Below are positions 40,187-51,331 of a DNA stretch of 64,000 bases, piece after piece. Under the pieces are notes generated by a model, which worked only from the letters and a program-made list of their open reading frames with translations, did no database searches and had not been told where the DNA came from. The DNA lies in contig CBDAOI010000004.1 of NCBI GenBank assembly GCA_965198005.1, positions 672,001 through 736,000 on the forward strand, in the 5' to 3' direction. The first letter of the stretch is position 1; the number at the start of each line of letters is the position of its first letter. This DNA is from Spirochaetia bacterium (GTDB lineage Bacteria > Spirochaetota > Spirochaetia > SZUA-6 > Bin103). A program made the position numbers and the translations under genes.

Positions 40187-41983
40187 TTAGCAGCGGGTGG
40201 CGGGGTCTCGGATTTGCAGGTGCAGGTCGTGGAGCTGGTGGTGATCCAGCGGGGCGGGGGAGTCGTCCATCGGCGAGGCGGCCCAGGTGTTCTTGGGGAA
40301 GGCGATCACGTCGCGGATGGTGGCTTCGCCGGCCATCAGCATGACGGTGCGGTCGAAGCCGATGGCGGCGCCGCCGTGGGGGGGCGGGCCGTAGCGGAAG
40401 GCGTCCAGCATGAACCCGAAGCGGTGGGCGGCGTCCGTTTCGGAGACGCCGAGCAGGGCGAACACGCGCCGTTGCAGTTGCGGGTCGTGGATGCGGATCG
40501 AGCCGCTGGCCACCTCGACGCCGTTGATCACCGCGTCGTAGAGTTCGCCGCGCACGGCCCCGGGGTCATGCTCGAGCCGATCGATGAACTGCGCCTGGGG
40601 CATCGAGAACATGTGGTGCTCGGCGTCCCAGCGCTGCTCCTCATCGTTCCAGGCGAACAGCGGGAAGTCGGTCACGAAACAGGGGTGGAAGACGCCGTCC
40701 GGCGCCAGCCCCTCGCGCCGCGCCAGCTCGGTACGCACCGCGCCCAGCGCCGTGCAGGCAGTGCGCCACGGAGCCGCCACCAGCAGCAGCAGGTCGCCCG
40801 ACTCCACTCCCAGGTGGCGGCGAATCTCCGCCTGCTGCGCCTGATAGAAGCGCGCCACGCCGCCCTCCAACCCGTTCTCCCCGCACTTGATCCACGCCAG
40901 TCCGCCGGCGCCGTAGGTCTTGGCGTGCTCCTCCAGCTCCTCGATCTGACGCCGCGAGTAACCGGCCAGCCCGGATCCGCGCAGCGCCTTGACCGTGTCG
41001 CCGCGCTCCACCGCCCGCCGGAACACGCCGAACTCGCCCACGCGCGCCAGCTCGGTGAAGTCCTGCAGCTCCAATCCGAAGCGCAGGTCGGGGCGATCCG
41101 ACCCGTAGCGGTTCATCGACTCGTGGAAGGTGATCCGGGGAAACGGCAGCGGCAGCTCGTAGCCGATCCCCGCCCGGAAGGCGGCGGCGAAGGCCGCTTC
41201 CAGCACGGCCAGCACGTCCTCCTGGTCGACGAAGCTCATCTCGAAGTCGAGCTGGGTGAACTCGGGCTGGCGGTCGCCGCGCGCGTCCTCGTCGCGGTAG
41301 CAGCGCGCCAGTTGGTAATAGCGGTCGTATCCCGACAGCATCAGAAGCTGCTTGAGGATCTGCGGCGACTGGGGCAGGGCGTAGAAACTGCCGGGCTTGA
41401 GGCGTGACGGCACCACGAAGTCGCGCGCTCCCTCCGGCGTGGAGCGCATCAGGGTCGGGGTCTCGATCTCCAGGAACCGGCGCTCGTTGAGCGCGGCGCG
41501 CAGCGCCTGGGCGGCGCGGTGGCGGAGCGCCAGGTTGCGCTGCATGGTGGCGGAGCGCAGGTCGAGGTAGCGGTGCCTGAGGCGCAGCTCCTCCCGCGCC
41601 TCGGTGTGGACGCCGGCCTGATCGCCGATCATGAACGGCAGGGTGGCGCAGGTGCTCAACACCTGGAGTCGCTCGCCGCCCACCTCGATCTCGCCGGTGG
41701 CCAGGTCGCGGTTGACCATGGCCGGCGGCCGGCGGCGTACCGTACCGCGCGCGGCGATGCAGTATTCGAGCTTGAGGTCGCGGACGGCGGCGGCGAGCGG
41801 GCCGGCGTCGGGCGCGCTGACGTCGAACACCACCTGGGTCACGCCGTAGCGGTCGCGCAGGTCGACGAAGGTGATGCCGCCGTGGTCGCGGATGCGTGCC
41901 ACCCAGCCGTTGAGGGTCACCTGCTCGCCGGCCGCGGCCGTGGTGAGCTGGCCGCAGGTAGCGGTGCGCTTCATTTCGTGCAT
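40187..41983 (-). CDS. aspS: Aspartate--tRNA ligase
   Basis: RDHGG..FVDLRD, RYLDLR, STPEGARDF, YALPQSPQ, RDEDARGDRQPEFTQLD, GPPPHGG.A.GFDR. Confidence 0.97.
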   Translation of the reverse strand: MHEMKRTATCGQLTTAAAGEQVTLNGWVARIRDHGGITFVDLRDRYGVTQVVFDVSAPDAGPLAAAVRDLKLEYCIAARGTVRRRPPAMVNRDLATGEIEVGGERLQVLSTCATLPFMIGDQAGVHTEAREELRLRHRYLDLRSATMQRNLALRHRAAQALRAALNERRFLEIETPTLMRSTPEGARDFVVPSRLKPGSFYALPQSPQILKQLLMLSGYDRYYQLARCYRDEDARGDRQPEFTQLDFEMSFVDQEDVLAVLEAAFAAAFRAGIGYELPLPFPRITFHESMNRYGSDRPDLRFGLELQDFTELARVGEFGVFRRAVERGDTVKALRGSGLAGYSRRQIEELEEHAKTYGAGGLAWIKCGENGLEGGVARFYQAQQAEIRRHLGVESGDLLLLVAAPWRTACTALGAVRTELARREGLAPDGVFHPCFVTDFPLFAWNDEEQRWDAEHHMFSMPQAQFIDRLEHDPGAVRGELYDAVINGVEVASGSIRIHDPQLQRRVFALLGVSETDAAHRFGFMLDAFRYGPPPHGGAAIGFDRTVMLMAGEATIRDVIAFPKNTWAASPMDDSPAPLDHHQLHDLHLQIRDPATRC

Positions 41984-42160
41984 GGGCGCAATCTACCCCG
42001 GCCGCGCCGCGAGTGTCAGGGCGGTGTGCCGGCCAAGACTTCGGCTGCCCGGTGCGGCCGTTTCGTGGTCGGCGTGGGGTGACATGGCGCAATTCAAGTG
42101 AGGTTACCACAGGTTTGCAGATTTCGATAACCGCGATAACCTATAGTAACTTCGCTTGAA

Positions 42161-43360
42161 ATGGATCCACGAACCAATCCATACACTCCCGGCGCCGGAA
42201 CGCCGCCGCCGGAGCTGGCCGGCCGCGACGGGCTGATCGAGGATGCCGCGGTCGCCCTTGACCGAATCCGTGCCGGCCGCGCCGCCAAGAGCGTGCTCAT
42301 GGTTGGACTGCGGGGAGTGGGAAAGACGGTGCTGCTCAACCGGCTCCGCCGCGACGCCGACGGACGGGGCTTCGTGACCGTTTTCGTGGAGGCGCCCGAG
42401 GATCGTTCGCTGCCGGCGCTGCTGGCTGCTCCGCTACGCGCCAGTCTGCTCCGGATGAACCGCCCTGCGACCCCTGCTACCGTCGGGGGTGCGGTGCGAC
42501 GCGCGTTGCAGGCGCTGTCCGGCTTCATAGAGTCCATGAGGATCACGTACCGGGACGTGGAGTTGCGGATGGACCTTGCCGGCGAGCCTGGGCTGGCGGA
42601 CAGCGGTGACCTGGAGCATGATCTCGGCGATCTGCTCACCGCGGCGGGGGAGGCGGCCCGCGCGCAGCGGACGGCGCTGGTTCTATTCGTCGATGAGCTG
42701 CAGTACCTCGAAGAGCGTGAACTCGCCGCGTTGATCACCGCGCTGCATCGCGCCGCTCAACTCGAGTTGCCCACCACGCTGGTCGGCGCCGGACTTCCGC
42801 AACTGGTAGCCCGCTGCGGGGTTGCCAAGTCCTACGCCGAGCGCCTGTTCACCTTCCCCGAAATCGGCGCGCTGGATTTGCAGCCGGCGTCGCGGGCGTT
42901 GAGCGCGCCCGCGGCCCGTCAGGGTGTCGAGTATGACAGCGCGGCGCTCGCTGCAGTCATCGCACAAACCCGCGGCTACCCCTACTTTCTGCAAGAGTGG
43001 GGCAAGCACTGCTGGGACTGTGCGGATCGCTCACCGATCACCGAAACCGACGTCGCCGTGGCAGAGCACCAGGCCGTCGCGGAGCTCGATGCCAGCTTCT
43101 TTCGCGTCCGCTTCGACCGCCTGACACCGGCTGAGAAACGCTACCTGCGTGCGATGGCGGAACTGGGGAGCGGACCGCACCGTTCGGGGGAAGTGGCACG
43201 GGTGCTCACCAAGTCGGTGCGCTCCGTGGCTCCGACCCGTGCGCACCTGATCGCCAAGGGCATGATCTACAGCCCAGCCCACGGTGATACGGCATTTACC
43301 GTTCCGTTGTTCGAGGGGTATCTGCAGAGAGTGATGCCGCGCGCGAGCGACTGGCGGTAA
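42161..43360 (+). CDS. AAA-family ATP-binding protein with probable C-terminal winged helix
   Basis: NPYTPGAG.PP.LAGR, GLRGVGKT, LFVDELQ, GAGLP, GYPYFLQEWG, FTVPLF. Confidence 0.88.
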   Translation: MDPRTNPYTPGAGTPPPELAGRDGLIEDAAVALDRIRAGRAAKSVLMVGLRGVGKTVLLNRLRRDADGRGFVTVFVEAPEDRSLPALLAAPLRASLLRMNRPATPATVGGAVRRALQALSGFIESMRITYRDVELRMDLAGEPGLADSGDLEHDLGDLLTAAGEAARAQRTALVLFVDELQYLEERELAALITALHRAAQLELPTTLVGAGLPQLVARCGVAKSYAERLFTFPEIGALDLQPASRALSAPAARQGVEYDSAALAAVIAQTRGYPYFLQEWGKHCWDCADRSPITETDVAVAEHQAVAELDASFFRVRFDRLTPAEKRYLRAMAELGSGPHRSGEVARVLTKSVRSVAPTRAHLIAKGMIYSPAHGDTAFTVPLFEGYLQRVMPRASDWR

Positions 43361-43470
43361 GCGGCAATTCAAGATCTGTGGTATAGTAGTTGCATCGCGA
43401 CGGCGTCTCGAGCAGCGACAGGCATCCAGGGCTCCCCGCCGCGTCCGCCCTGGGGCCGTTCGAGGAGACG

Positions 43471-44454
43471 ATGGCCCGGTACTTCTTCAGGCGCGTTCTG
43501 TACGCAATTCCAGCGCTGCTGGTAATTTCGTTCATCTCGTTTCTCATCATCCAGCTCCCGCCGGGCACGTTCGCCGACGCGGCCGTGGCGGCGATGGCGG
43601 AGACCGCGTCGGTGGATGCGGCGGCGATCCACGCCCTCGAGGAGCGCTACGCTCTCGACCAGCCGCTCCTGGTCCAGTACCGGAAGTGGATCTCCGGCAT
43701 CGTGCTGCGCGGCGACTTCGGCCAGTCGGTGATCTGGAATCGCCCGGTGGCATCGCTCATGTGGGAGCGGCTTGGCCTGACCCTCATCCTCACCGCGAGC
43801 GCGTTCGGGTTGGTGTGCGTGCTGTCGGTGCCGGTCGGGATCTTCGCGGCCGTGCGCCGGCACGCGGCCGGCGGCCGTATCGCCAGCTCGCTCGGGTACG
43901 TGGGGCTGGCCATTCCCGGGTTCCTGCTGGCCCTGCTCCTGATCCATATCGGGTCACGCTACTTCGGCCACGATATCGGCGGCCTGTTCTCTCCCGAGTT
44001 TGCCCAGGCCGGGTGGAGTTGGGCGCGCGCGGCCGACCTGCTGTCCCATCTGTGGTTGCCGGTGCTGGCCGTGGGGCTGGCCAGCGCAGCGTCGCTGATG
44101 CGGGTCGTGCGCGACAATCTGCTGCACGAGCTGCTCAAGCCGTACGTCGCCGCGGCCCGCGCCCGCGGGCTGTCGGAGCTCGGCCTGCTGCTCAAGTATC
44201 CGGTGCGGCTGGCACTGATCCCGTTCGTGGCCACGGTCGCCTGGACGCTGCCGCAGCTCGTGTCGGCCGCAACCGTGGTGTCGGTGGTGATGAGCCTGCC
44301 CACCACCGGGCCGTTGCTGCTGCGCGCGCTGCTCGGTCAGGACATGTACCTGGCCGCCAGCTTCATCATGCTGCTGAGCGGGGTGACGGTGCTCGCGACC
44401 CTGGTTGCCGACCTGCTGCGGGCCGCCATCGATCCGCGCATTCGGTTCTCCTGA
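43471..44454 (+). CDS. Peptide/nickel ABC permease (DppB-like, divergent)
   Basis: FLIIQLPPG, GDFGQS, HLWLPV, AARARGL, QDMYLA, IDPRIR. Confidence 0.88.
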   Translation: MARYFFRRVLYAIPALLVISFISFLIIQLPPGTFADAAVAAMAETASVDAAAIHALEERYALDQPLLVQYRKWISGIVLRGDFGQSVIWNRPVASLMWERLGLTLILTASAFGLVCVLSVPVGIFAAVRRHAAGGRIASSLGYVGLAIPGFLLALLLIHIGSRYFGHDIGGLFSPEFAQAGWSWARAADLLSHLWLPVLAVGLASAASLMRVVRDNLLHELLKPYVAAARARGLSELGLLLKYPVRLALIPFVATVAWTLPQLVSAATVVSVVMSLPTTGPLLLRALLGQDMYLAASFIMLLSGVTVLATLVADLLRAAIDPRIRFS

Positions 44455-45599
44455 TGGCGGCTGCCGAAGGCGTGGTGCCGAGCATGACGGGGAACCTGCC
44501 GGGTGCCGCCGCCGCCAGCCTGCCACCGGCCGGTCAGTGGTGGCTGACCTGGCGGCGCCTGCCTAGCCGCAAGCTCGCCGTGACCGGCGGTGTGGTGGTG
44601 ATACTGCTGTGCCTGGTGGCCGCTTCCGCCGAGTTCCTGGCGCCGTTCTCGGCCGAACGCGTCTCCGGCCTGGCCTATGCCCCACCGCAACGGTTGCGTA
44701 TTCTGGAGCGCGGCGCCGGCGGCGTGCGTTTCGGCCTGCACGTGTTCGGCTATGCGTCGCACACCGGCGCGGCGTCTCCGGACGGCTCCTACCGGGTGGA
44801 CCGTACGCAGCGCATCGACGTGCGTCTGTTGGTCAAGGGCGAGCCGTACCGCCTGTGGGGGCTGTTCCCGCTGCAACGACACCTGATCGGCCCGGCGGAC
44901 CCGGCGGCGCCGATGCACCTGCTGGGAGCCGACCGGCTGGGACGCGACGTGCTGAGCCGCATGCTCCACGGAACCCGGGTGTCGATCACCGTCGGCCTGG
45001 TGGCGGTTGCCGTGAGCTTGGTCCTCGGCGTGCTCCTGGGCGGCATTGCCGGCTACTCCGGCGGTGCGGCCGACGCTCTGATTCAGCGCTTCATGGAGAT
45101 CCTGCGCTCGCTGCCCGCGATTCCGCTGTGGATGGGGCTGGCGGCGGCGATTCCCGGGTCCTGGCCGCCGGCCCCGGCCTCCTTCATGATCGCCCTGATC
45201 CTGTCGGTGATCGGTTGGACCTGGCTGGCGCAGACGGTGCGCCGCAGATTCCGGTCGCTCCGTACCGAAGATTTCGTGGTCGCCGCCCGACTGGACGGCT
45301 GCAGCGAGCTGCAGGTGATTCTCACTCACTTGGCGCCCTCCTGCGCCGGTCACGTCATCGCTACGCTGGTACGGGCGGTGCCGCACATGATCGTTGCGGA
45401 GACCGCGCTCAGCTTCCTGGGCATCGGCCTGCGGGCGCCGATGGCAAGCTGGGGCGTGCTGCTCGGAGAGGCGCGGGAGGTGGGCGTGCTGGCCGCCGCG
45501 CCGTGGCTGCTCTGGCCGGGAGTGCCGGTGTGCGTGGCGGCCCTGGCGTTCCAGCTTCTCGGTGACGGCATCCGGGATGCCGCGGACCACTACCGATGA
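44454..45599 (+). CDS. Peptide/nickel ABC permease (DppC-like, divergent)
   Basis: LLGADRLGRDVLSR..HGTRVS, ETALSFLGIGLR, SWGVLL, LGDGIRDAAD. Confidence 0.88.
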   Translation: MAAAEGVVPSMTGNLPGAAAASLPPAGQWWLTWRRLPSRKLAVTGGVVVILLCLVAASAEFLAPFSAERVSGLAYAPPQRLRILERGAGGVRFGLHVFGYASHTGAASPDGSYRVDRTQRIDVRLLVKGEPYRLWGLFPLQRHLIGPADPAAPMHLLGADRLGRDVLSRMLHGTRVSITVGLVAVAVSLVLGVLLGGIAGYSGGAADALIQRFMEILRSLPAIPLWMGLAAAIPGSWPPAPASFMIALILSVIGWTWLAQTVRRRFRSLRTEDFVVAARLDGCSELQVILTHLAPSCAGHVIATLVRAVPHMIVAETALSFLGIGLRAPMASWGVLLGEAREVGVLAAAPWLLWPGVPVCVAALAFQLLGDGIRDAADHYR

Positions 45600-46645
45600 C
45601 GGCGGCCGCGACCGGCGCCGGTAGGCCCGAACCGCTGCTGGAGGTGAACGGCCTGAAGACCCACTTCTTCACCGGCGCGGGCGTGGTGAAGGCGGTCGAC
45701 GGGGTGGATCTCCCGATTGCGCGCGGCAGGACCGTGTGCGTGGCGGGCGAGTCGGGGTGCGGAAAGTCGGTCACGGCGCGCTCCATCTTGCAGCTCGTGG
45801 ACCGGCCCGGCCGCATCGTGGACGGCGAAATCCTGCTGCACCGCCCCTCCGGGGAGGTGGTGGACCTGGCCGTCCTCGCGCCCGGCGGGAGGGAGATGCG
45901 CGCCATTCGCGGCAAGGAGATCGCCATGATCTTGCAGGATCCGACCTCTGCGCTGAGCCCGGTGCACACCATCGGGGACCAGATCACGGAGATGATCCGG
46001 CTGCACGCGCCGGTGACGCAGGCGGCAGCCAGAACCCGCGCCGCGGAACTGCTCGACCGGGTGGGTATCCCTCGGCCGGGGGAGCGGCTGGAATCATACG
46101 TCCTGCAGTTGAGCGGCGGCCTGCGCCGGCGCGCAATGATCGCCATGGCGCTGGCGTGCGAGCCGTACCTGCTGATCGCCGACGCGCCGACCAGCGGGCT
46201 GGACGTCACCACCGAGGCGACGATTCTCGATTTGATCAGGGAGCTGCAGCGCGACCTGAACCTGACCGTGCTGTTCTGCACGCACGATCTGGGAGTGGTC
46301 GCGGAGATCGCGGATGACGTAGTGATGATGTATCTGGGGTGGGCGGTTGAGCGCGCCGCGGTGGACACCATCTTTCACGATCCCAAGCATCCCTACACGC
46401 GCGCCCTGCACCGGTCGATCCCGCAGCTCGGCGGCGCCCGGCGCCGGCGGCTGCAGCCGATTCGCGGCACGGTGCCCCCGCCGTTCGCGCGGCCCGGCGG
46501 CTGCCGGTTTCATCCGCGCTGCGAGAGCTTCGTGCCGGGGGAGTGCGACCGCACCGAACCGCCGGCAATCCCGCTGCCGGGCGGCGCCGCGGTGCGCTGC
46601 CTGATCTACGCGGCGGCCGGCTCCGGGGCGCGGGAGGAAGGCTGA
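45596..46645 (+). CDS. ABC ATPase, DppD-like, with degenerate Walker B
   Basis: [32 protein letters not shown]-terminal Cys motif. Confidence 0.9.
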   Translation: MTAAATGAGRPEPLLEVNGLKTHFFTGAGVVKAVDGVDLPIARGRTVCVAGESGCGKSVTARSILQLVDRPGRIVDGEILLHRPSGEVVDLAVLAPGGREMRAIRGKEIAMILQDPTSALSPVHTIGDQITEMIRLHAPVTQAAARTRAAELLDRVGIPRPGERLESYVLQLSGGLRRRAMIAMALACEPYLLIADAPTSGLDVTTEATILDLIRELQRDLNLTVLFCTHDLGVVAEIADDVVMMYLGWAVERAAVDTIFHDPKHPYTRALHRSIPQLGGARRRRLQPIRGTVPPPFARPGGCRFHPRCESFVPGECDRTEPPAIPLPGGAAVRCLIYAAAGSGAREEG

Positions 46646-47685
46646 TGGCGGCACCGCAGGGCGGGTCCGACGCGCCACTGCTGGAAATCGATCGACTGGC
46701 AATGCACTTCCCGATCACCCGCGGCCCGCTCCGCCGCGTCGTGCGCCGGGTACGGGCGGTGGACGGCGTCAGCCTGACGGTACAGCGCGGCGAGACCCTG
46801 GCCCTGGTGGGCGAGTCGGGCTGCGGCAAGACCACGCTCGGCAAGTGCGTGGTGCGCGTCCACCACCCCACCGCCGGGGCGATCCGCTACCGCACCGAGC
46901 AGGGGGCGTTCGCCGATCTGACGGCGCTGCAGGGCCCCGCCCTGCGTCCCTACCGGCGCGCCATCCGCATGATCTTCCGGGATCCCTACACCTCCCTCAA
47001 TCCGCGCAAGACCGTCCTGGAGACCGTGGGCGAGCCTCTGCGCCGGCACGAGGTGGCGCAGGGCGTGGAGTTGGAACGGCAGGTCGCCGAGCTGCTGCGC
47101 CGCGTGGGGCTGGAGCCGGAGTATCTGCGCCGTTATCCCCGCGCCTGCGGCGGCGGCGAGCGGCAACGGATCGCCGTGGCCCGCGCGCTGGCGTTGAAGC
47201 CCCGGCTGGTGATCGCCGACGAGCCGGTGGCCGCCCTGGAGGTGTCGGTGCAGGCGCAGATCCTCCACCTGCTGCAGGAGTTGCAGGCGGAACTGGGCCT
47301 GACCTACCTGTTCCTGGCGCGCGATCTCGGCGTCGTGGACTACGTCAGCGACCGCGTGGCAGTGATGTACCTCGGCAGGCTGGTGGAAGCGGGCCGCCGC
47401 AGCCGCGTCTTCTCCGCGCCCAAGCACCCGTATACGGAGGCGCTGCTGGCCGCGGTCCCCAAGCGCGATCCCCGGCTGCGCGGCACGGGCGTGCGCATCC
47501 GCCTGTCCGGCGAGGCGGCGGACCCGGCCGACCCGCCCAGCGGCTGCTACTTCCATCCGCGTTGCCGCTACCGGCAGGAGCGCTGCGTCGTGGAAGCGCC
47601 GCCGCTGCGCGACCTGGGACGCGGCCACAGCGTCGCCTGCCACTTCGCCGAAGAGCTCCGGCTCAGCGGCGCCGGCGCGGTGTAG
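46645..47685 (+). CDS. ABC ATPase, DppF-like, with degenerate Q-loop, signature and H-loop
   Basis: [42 protein letters not shown]. Confidence 0.9.
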   Translation: MAAPQGGSDAPLLEIDRLAMHFPITRGPLRRVVRRVRAVDGVSLTVQRGETLALVGESGCGKTTLGKCVVRVHHPTAGAIRYRTEQGAFADLTALQGPALRPYRRAIRMIFRDPYTSLNPRKTVLETVGEPLRRHEVAQGVELERQVAELLRRVGLEPEYLRRYPRACGGGERQRIAVARALALKPRLVIADEPVAALEVSVQAQILHLLQELQAELGLTYLFLARDLGVVDYVSDRVAVMYLGRLVEAGRRSRVFSAPKHPYTEALLAAVPKRDPRLRGTGVRIRLSGEAADPADPPSGCYFHPRCRYRQERCVVEAPPLRDLGRGHSVACHFAEELRLSGAGAV

Positions 47686-47707
47686 CGGCGGCGCGCGACC
47701 GTCCAGC

Positions 47708-48811
47708 TCACCGGTCCACGCGGCAGGTCGCAAGGTATTCGACGACCGAGCGCCGCACCGATCGGCCTGCTCCGTTCCCGAACACCGTGTAGTCCCTGGT
47801 CGATAGGGTCGTCGCACCGCGTGCCGACAGCGCCGCTCGAAGGTCGTGCAGTGGGATGATCCCCTCGTTGCTGTAGCTGACGAAGATGAATCGAGCACGG
47901 ATACGCTCGATCACGTGCCGGAAGGCCTCCAGGGCGGTACTGCGACGGGAATAATCGCTCTTCAGAGATTCGCGCTCGAATTTCATCGTCTTGCCGCTTA
48001 GCACAGGTTTCTCCCACGATGCAATGTTTTCGAGCACGTGATAGCAGTCGACGTATTGACGTTCGCAGTATGGAGGATCAAGATAGACGACGTCGGATTT
48101 GTGGTCCGCGGCTACCGCGTTCATGTCCGCTTTGAAGACTCTTGCATCCGCTCCGAATTGGATGTCAGGCATGCGCAAACGCAGTCTGCCGTATACGTTG
48201 GAGTCCACGACATGTCTCCCGTTCCGGTCATAGCTTCTGGCCCCGATGCTCTTCAGGTATGCGTCGTACTGGCCGACTGTGTTTGCGACCTTGTCGGCGG
48301 CAAAAAGTAAGCTGGCGATCAATACGTGACTCTCCTGCTCGGTGCAGTCTCCGGCTTGCTTCCGGAACTCGATTTGGTCGCGGATGGCATCAATCAGACC
48401 AGCATTGACGCCGGTGAAGTAGCGGCCCCCATAGTACGCTGAAGCGTAGCCGTCGCACGGTTCCAAGCGATTCAGTTCGCGCAGAGCAGTAGAAATGTAA
48501 TCGATACGGACGTTGTCTTCGGTGGAGGTAAAGAAGACGCGGTTGATCGAGTAGTTGCTTGCCAGATTGTCGACGAGGGTGAGGCGGTGCGTATGCCGCC
48601 GCATCCGGTCGGCCACGACGCCTGTTCCGGCGAAGCCATCGAAGAAGGAGTCGATGTGCCGGGCAGCGAGCAGAATCTCGCGCTCGATAAACTCCAGCAG
48701 CCTGACTTTCGAACCGATGTACTTGCGGTTGCGGAGTGACACGGGGCCGAACTCCTGCAGCGCTCGGACCAAGCGGGGGTCGCGGCCAGTCAAGAACTCC
48801 GGTTGCGCCAT
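47708..48811 (-). CDS. DNA adenine methyltransferase (D12/Dam-like class), orphan
   Basis: [37 protein letters not shown]. Confidence 0.9.
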   Translation of the reverse strand: MAQPEFLTGRDPRLVRALQEFGPVSLRNRKYIGSKVRLLEFIEREILLAARHIDSFFDGFAGTGVVADRMRRHTHRLTLVDNLASNYSINRVFFTSTEDNVRIDYISTALRELNRLEPCDGYASAYYGGRYFTGVNAGLIDAIRDQIEFRKQAGDCTEQESHVLIASLLFAADKVANTVGQYDAYLKSIGARSYDRNGRHVVDSNVYGRLRLRMPDIQFGADARVFKADMNAVAADHKSDVVYLDPPYCERQYVDCYHVLENIASWEKPVLSGKTMKFERESLKSDYSRRSTALEAFRHVIERIRARFIFVSYSNEGIIPLHDLRAALSARGATTLSTRDYTVFGNGAGRSVRRSVVEYLATCRVDR

Positions 48812-49042
48812 CAGGTCACATGGCCGATCATCGTTGCGTTGTCGATGGGGCACTCCATGTCTCTTCCGATACTACACGATGAGGGTATCGGCAACCAGCC
48901 CAGGAGCAGTGCCGGCACGTACAGCACCGACACTGGAATCAGCAGCACGCCGGAGAAACAGAATCGCTGTCGAGATCGACCCCGAGACCGCTCTGCCGGC
49001 GGAGAATATTTACTTTATGATGGGCGCACGGAGGAAGCACCA

Positions 49043-51257
49043 TTGTCCGAACCTGAGCCGGCGCCACCGGCCAACCGGGCCGAGGCGCTGCTGGCAGCGC
49101 AGCGCGCGGCCGGCAAGCGCGCCAACCGCCTGATTCACGAGGTCAGCCCCTACCTGCTCCAGCACGCCTACAACCCGGTCGACTGGTACCCGTGGGGCGA
49201 GGCGGCGTTCGCCGCCGCGGCCGCGGCCGACAAGCCCCTGTTCGTGTCGATCGGCTATTCCACCTGCCACTGGTGTCACGTCATGGAGCGCGAGTCGTTC
49301 GAGGACGAGGCGATCGCGGCGGTCATGAACGAACACTTCATCAACGTCAAGATCGACCGCGAGGAGCGCCCCGACGTCGATCGCATCTACATGACCGTGG
49401 TGCAGGCGCTGACCGGCAGCGGCGGCTGGCCGATGTCGGTGTTCCTCACCGTGGACCGCAAGCCGTTCTACGGAGGCACCTACTTTCCGCCGCGCTCCGC
49501 CCACGGGCGCCCCGGCTTTCCGGAACTGTTGCAGGCGCTGGCCCGGCAGTGGCGCACGCGCCGGGCCGCGGTCGAGACCGGCGCCGAGCGGATCACCGCC
49601 GAGGTGCGGCGCCACGTCGAGGGGCAGATCGGCGAAAAACGCAGCCGGAGCAGCCGGAGCAGCCGGCGTGACGGGCGCAGTCCTGGAGGAGGCTACGGCT
49701 ACCGCCGGCGGGGCGAGCCGGCCGCCGGAGCTGCTGGACGCGGTGGTGCGTCACCTGGCCGCCACCTTCGACGGCGAGTGCGGCGGATTCGGCCCGGCGC
49801 CGAAGTTTCCGCGGCCGGCGGTGCTCACCGCGCTGTTCCAGCAGTACCGGCGCACCGGCGGCAAGCCGGAGCTGCAGATGGCGCTGGCGACCCTGACCGC
49901 GATGGCGCGCGGCGGCCTGCACGACCAGTTGGGCGGCGGCTTTCACCGCTACAGCGTGGACCGGTACTGGCGTGTGCCGCACTTCGAGAAGATGCTGTAC
50001 GATCAGGCGCAGCTCGCCGAGGCCTATGTCACTGCCTATCAGCTCACCGGCGACCCCGCTCTGGCCGGCGTGGCCGCGGCGACGCTGGAGTACGTGCTGC
50101 GCGACCTCGGTGCGCCGGAGGGTGGGTTCTACTCCGCCGAGGACGCCGATTCGGCGCGCGACCCGCAGGCTCCCCAGGACAAGGTAGAAGGGGCGTTCTA
50201 CCTGTGGACCACCGCCGAGGTGCGCGCCCTGCTGCAGCCTGACGCCGCCGCCGAGCTGATCGCCGCGTACGGCCTGACCGACGGCGGCAACACCCTGTCC
50301 GACCCGCACGGCGAGTTCGGCAACGGCAACGTCCTGTACCGGGCGCGCGCCGCCGACGGCCCGCTGCCGGAACGGTGGCGGGCACGACTGACCGCCGCCC
50401 GCGACCTCCGTCCGCGGCCGTTGCTGGACGACAAGATCGTCACCGCCTGGAACGGCCTCGCCGTGGCCGCGCTGGCCGCCGCCGGGCGCGTGTTGAACCG
50501 CCCCGACTTCACCGCCGCCGCGGCTGCCTGCGCCGACTTCGTGCAGCAGCGGCTGACTTCCGGCGGCCGTCTGGTGCGCTGCTACCGCGCCGGCCGGGCG
50601 CGGCACGCGGCGGGGCTGGCCGACTACGCGTGCCTGGTCGCGGGGCTGGTCGAGCTGTACGAGGCCACCGGCGACGTGGCGCGCCTCGAGACCGCCGGCC
50701 GGCTGGCCGCCACCGCGCTCGACCTGTTCGCCGATGCCAACGGCATGCTGTACGACACGCCGCACGGACAGAGCGACCTGATCATGCGCAGCCGGGAGCT
50801 GTTCGACAGCGCCGAGCCGTCGGGTACGGCGATGGCCGTGATCGGGCTGCTGCGGCTGGGCCGGCTGACCAACCAGCCGCGCTGGGACACGGCGGCGCGG
50901 CGCGCGCTGGCATCCGCCACGGCCACGGCCGCGGCCCACCCGGCGGCGGTCCCGCTGCTGGCCGTGGCGGCCGATCTGGCGGCGCACCCGCCGCTGGAGG
51001 TGGTGCTGGCGGGCGGCTGGGAGCAGACCGCTCCGCTGCGCCGCGAACTGGCCCGCCACTACCTGCCGGAAGCGGTCACCATCCACCTGCACCCGGCCGC
51101 CGGCGCGTGGTGGGAGCGGCGCTGGCCGGCGGCCGCCGCCATGACCGCGACCGCGGACGGCAGCGCGCGCGCCTACGTGTGCCGCGACTTTACCTGCGAC
51201 CTGCCGGTGAGCACCCCGGCGGAGCTGGCCGGCCAGCTCCGCCGGGGGCGCGGCTGA
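49043..51257 (+). pseudogene. Thioredoxin-domain YyaL/SSP411-family protein with one frameshift in an A-run at about 49635-49639
   Basis: [36 protein letters not shown]; then [36 protein letters not shown] in the next frame. Confidence 0.9.
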
Positions 51258-51331
51258 CCACCCCGCTGCCCGGCGGTGCCCCGGCCGCGGTCCCGGCCCT
51301 GCCGCCGGCGGTCGGCCCCGGCGGCGGCGCG

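Noticed and set aside
42100-42155. GATAACC repeats and GTTAC/GTAAC inverted motif upstream of the AAA ATPase as an operator
   Set aside because: The motifs are short and imperfect and there is no cognate regulator in the window, so support is too weak.
49630-49670. YyaL-like gene as two real genes
   Set aside because: Removing one A from the A5 run fuses both halves into a normal full-length protein, so a homopolymer error is likely.
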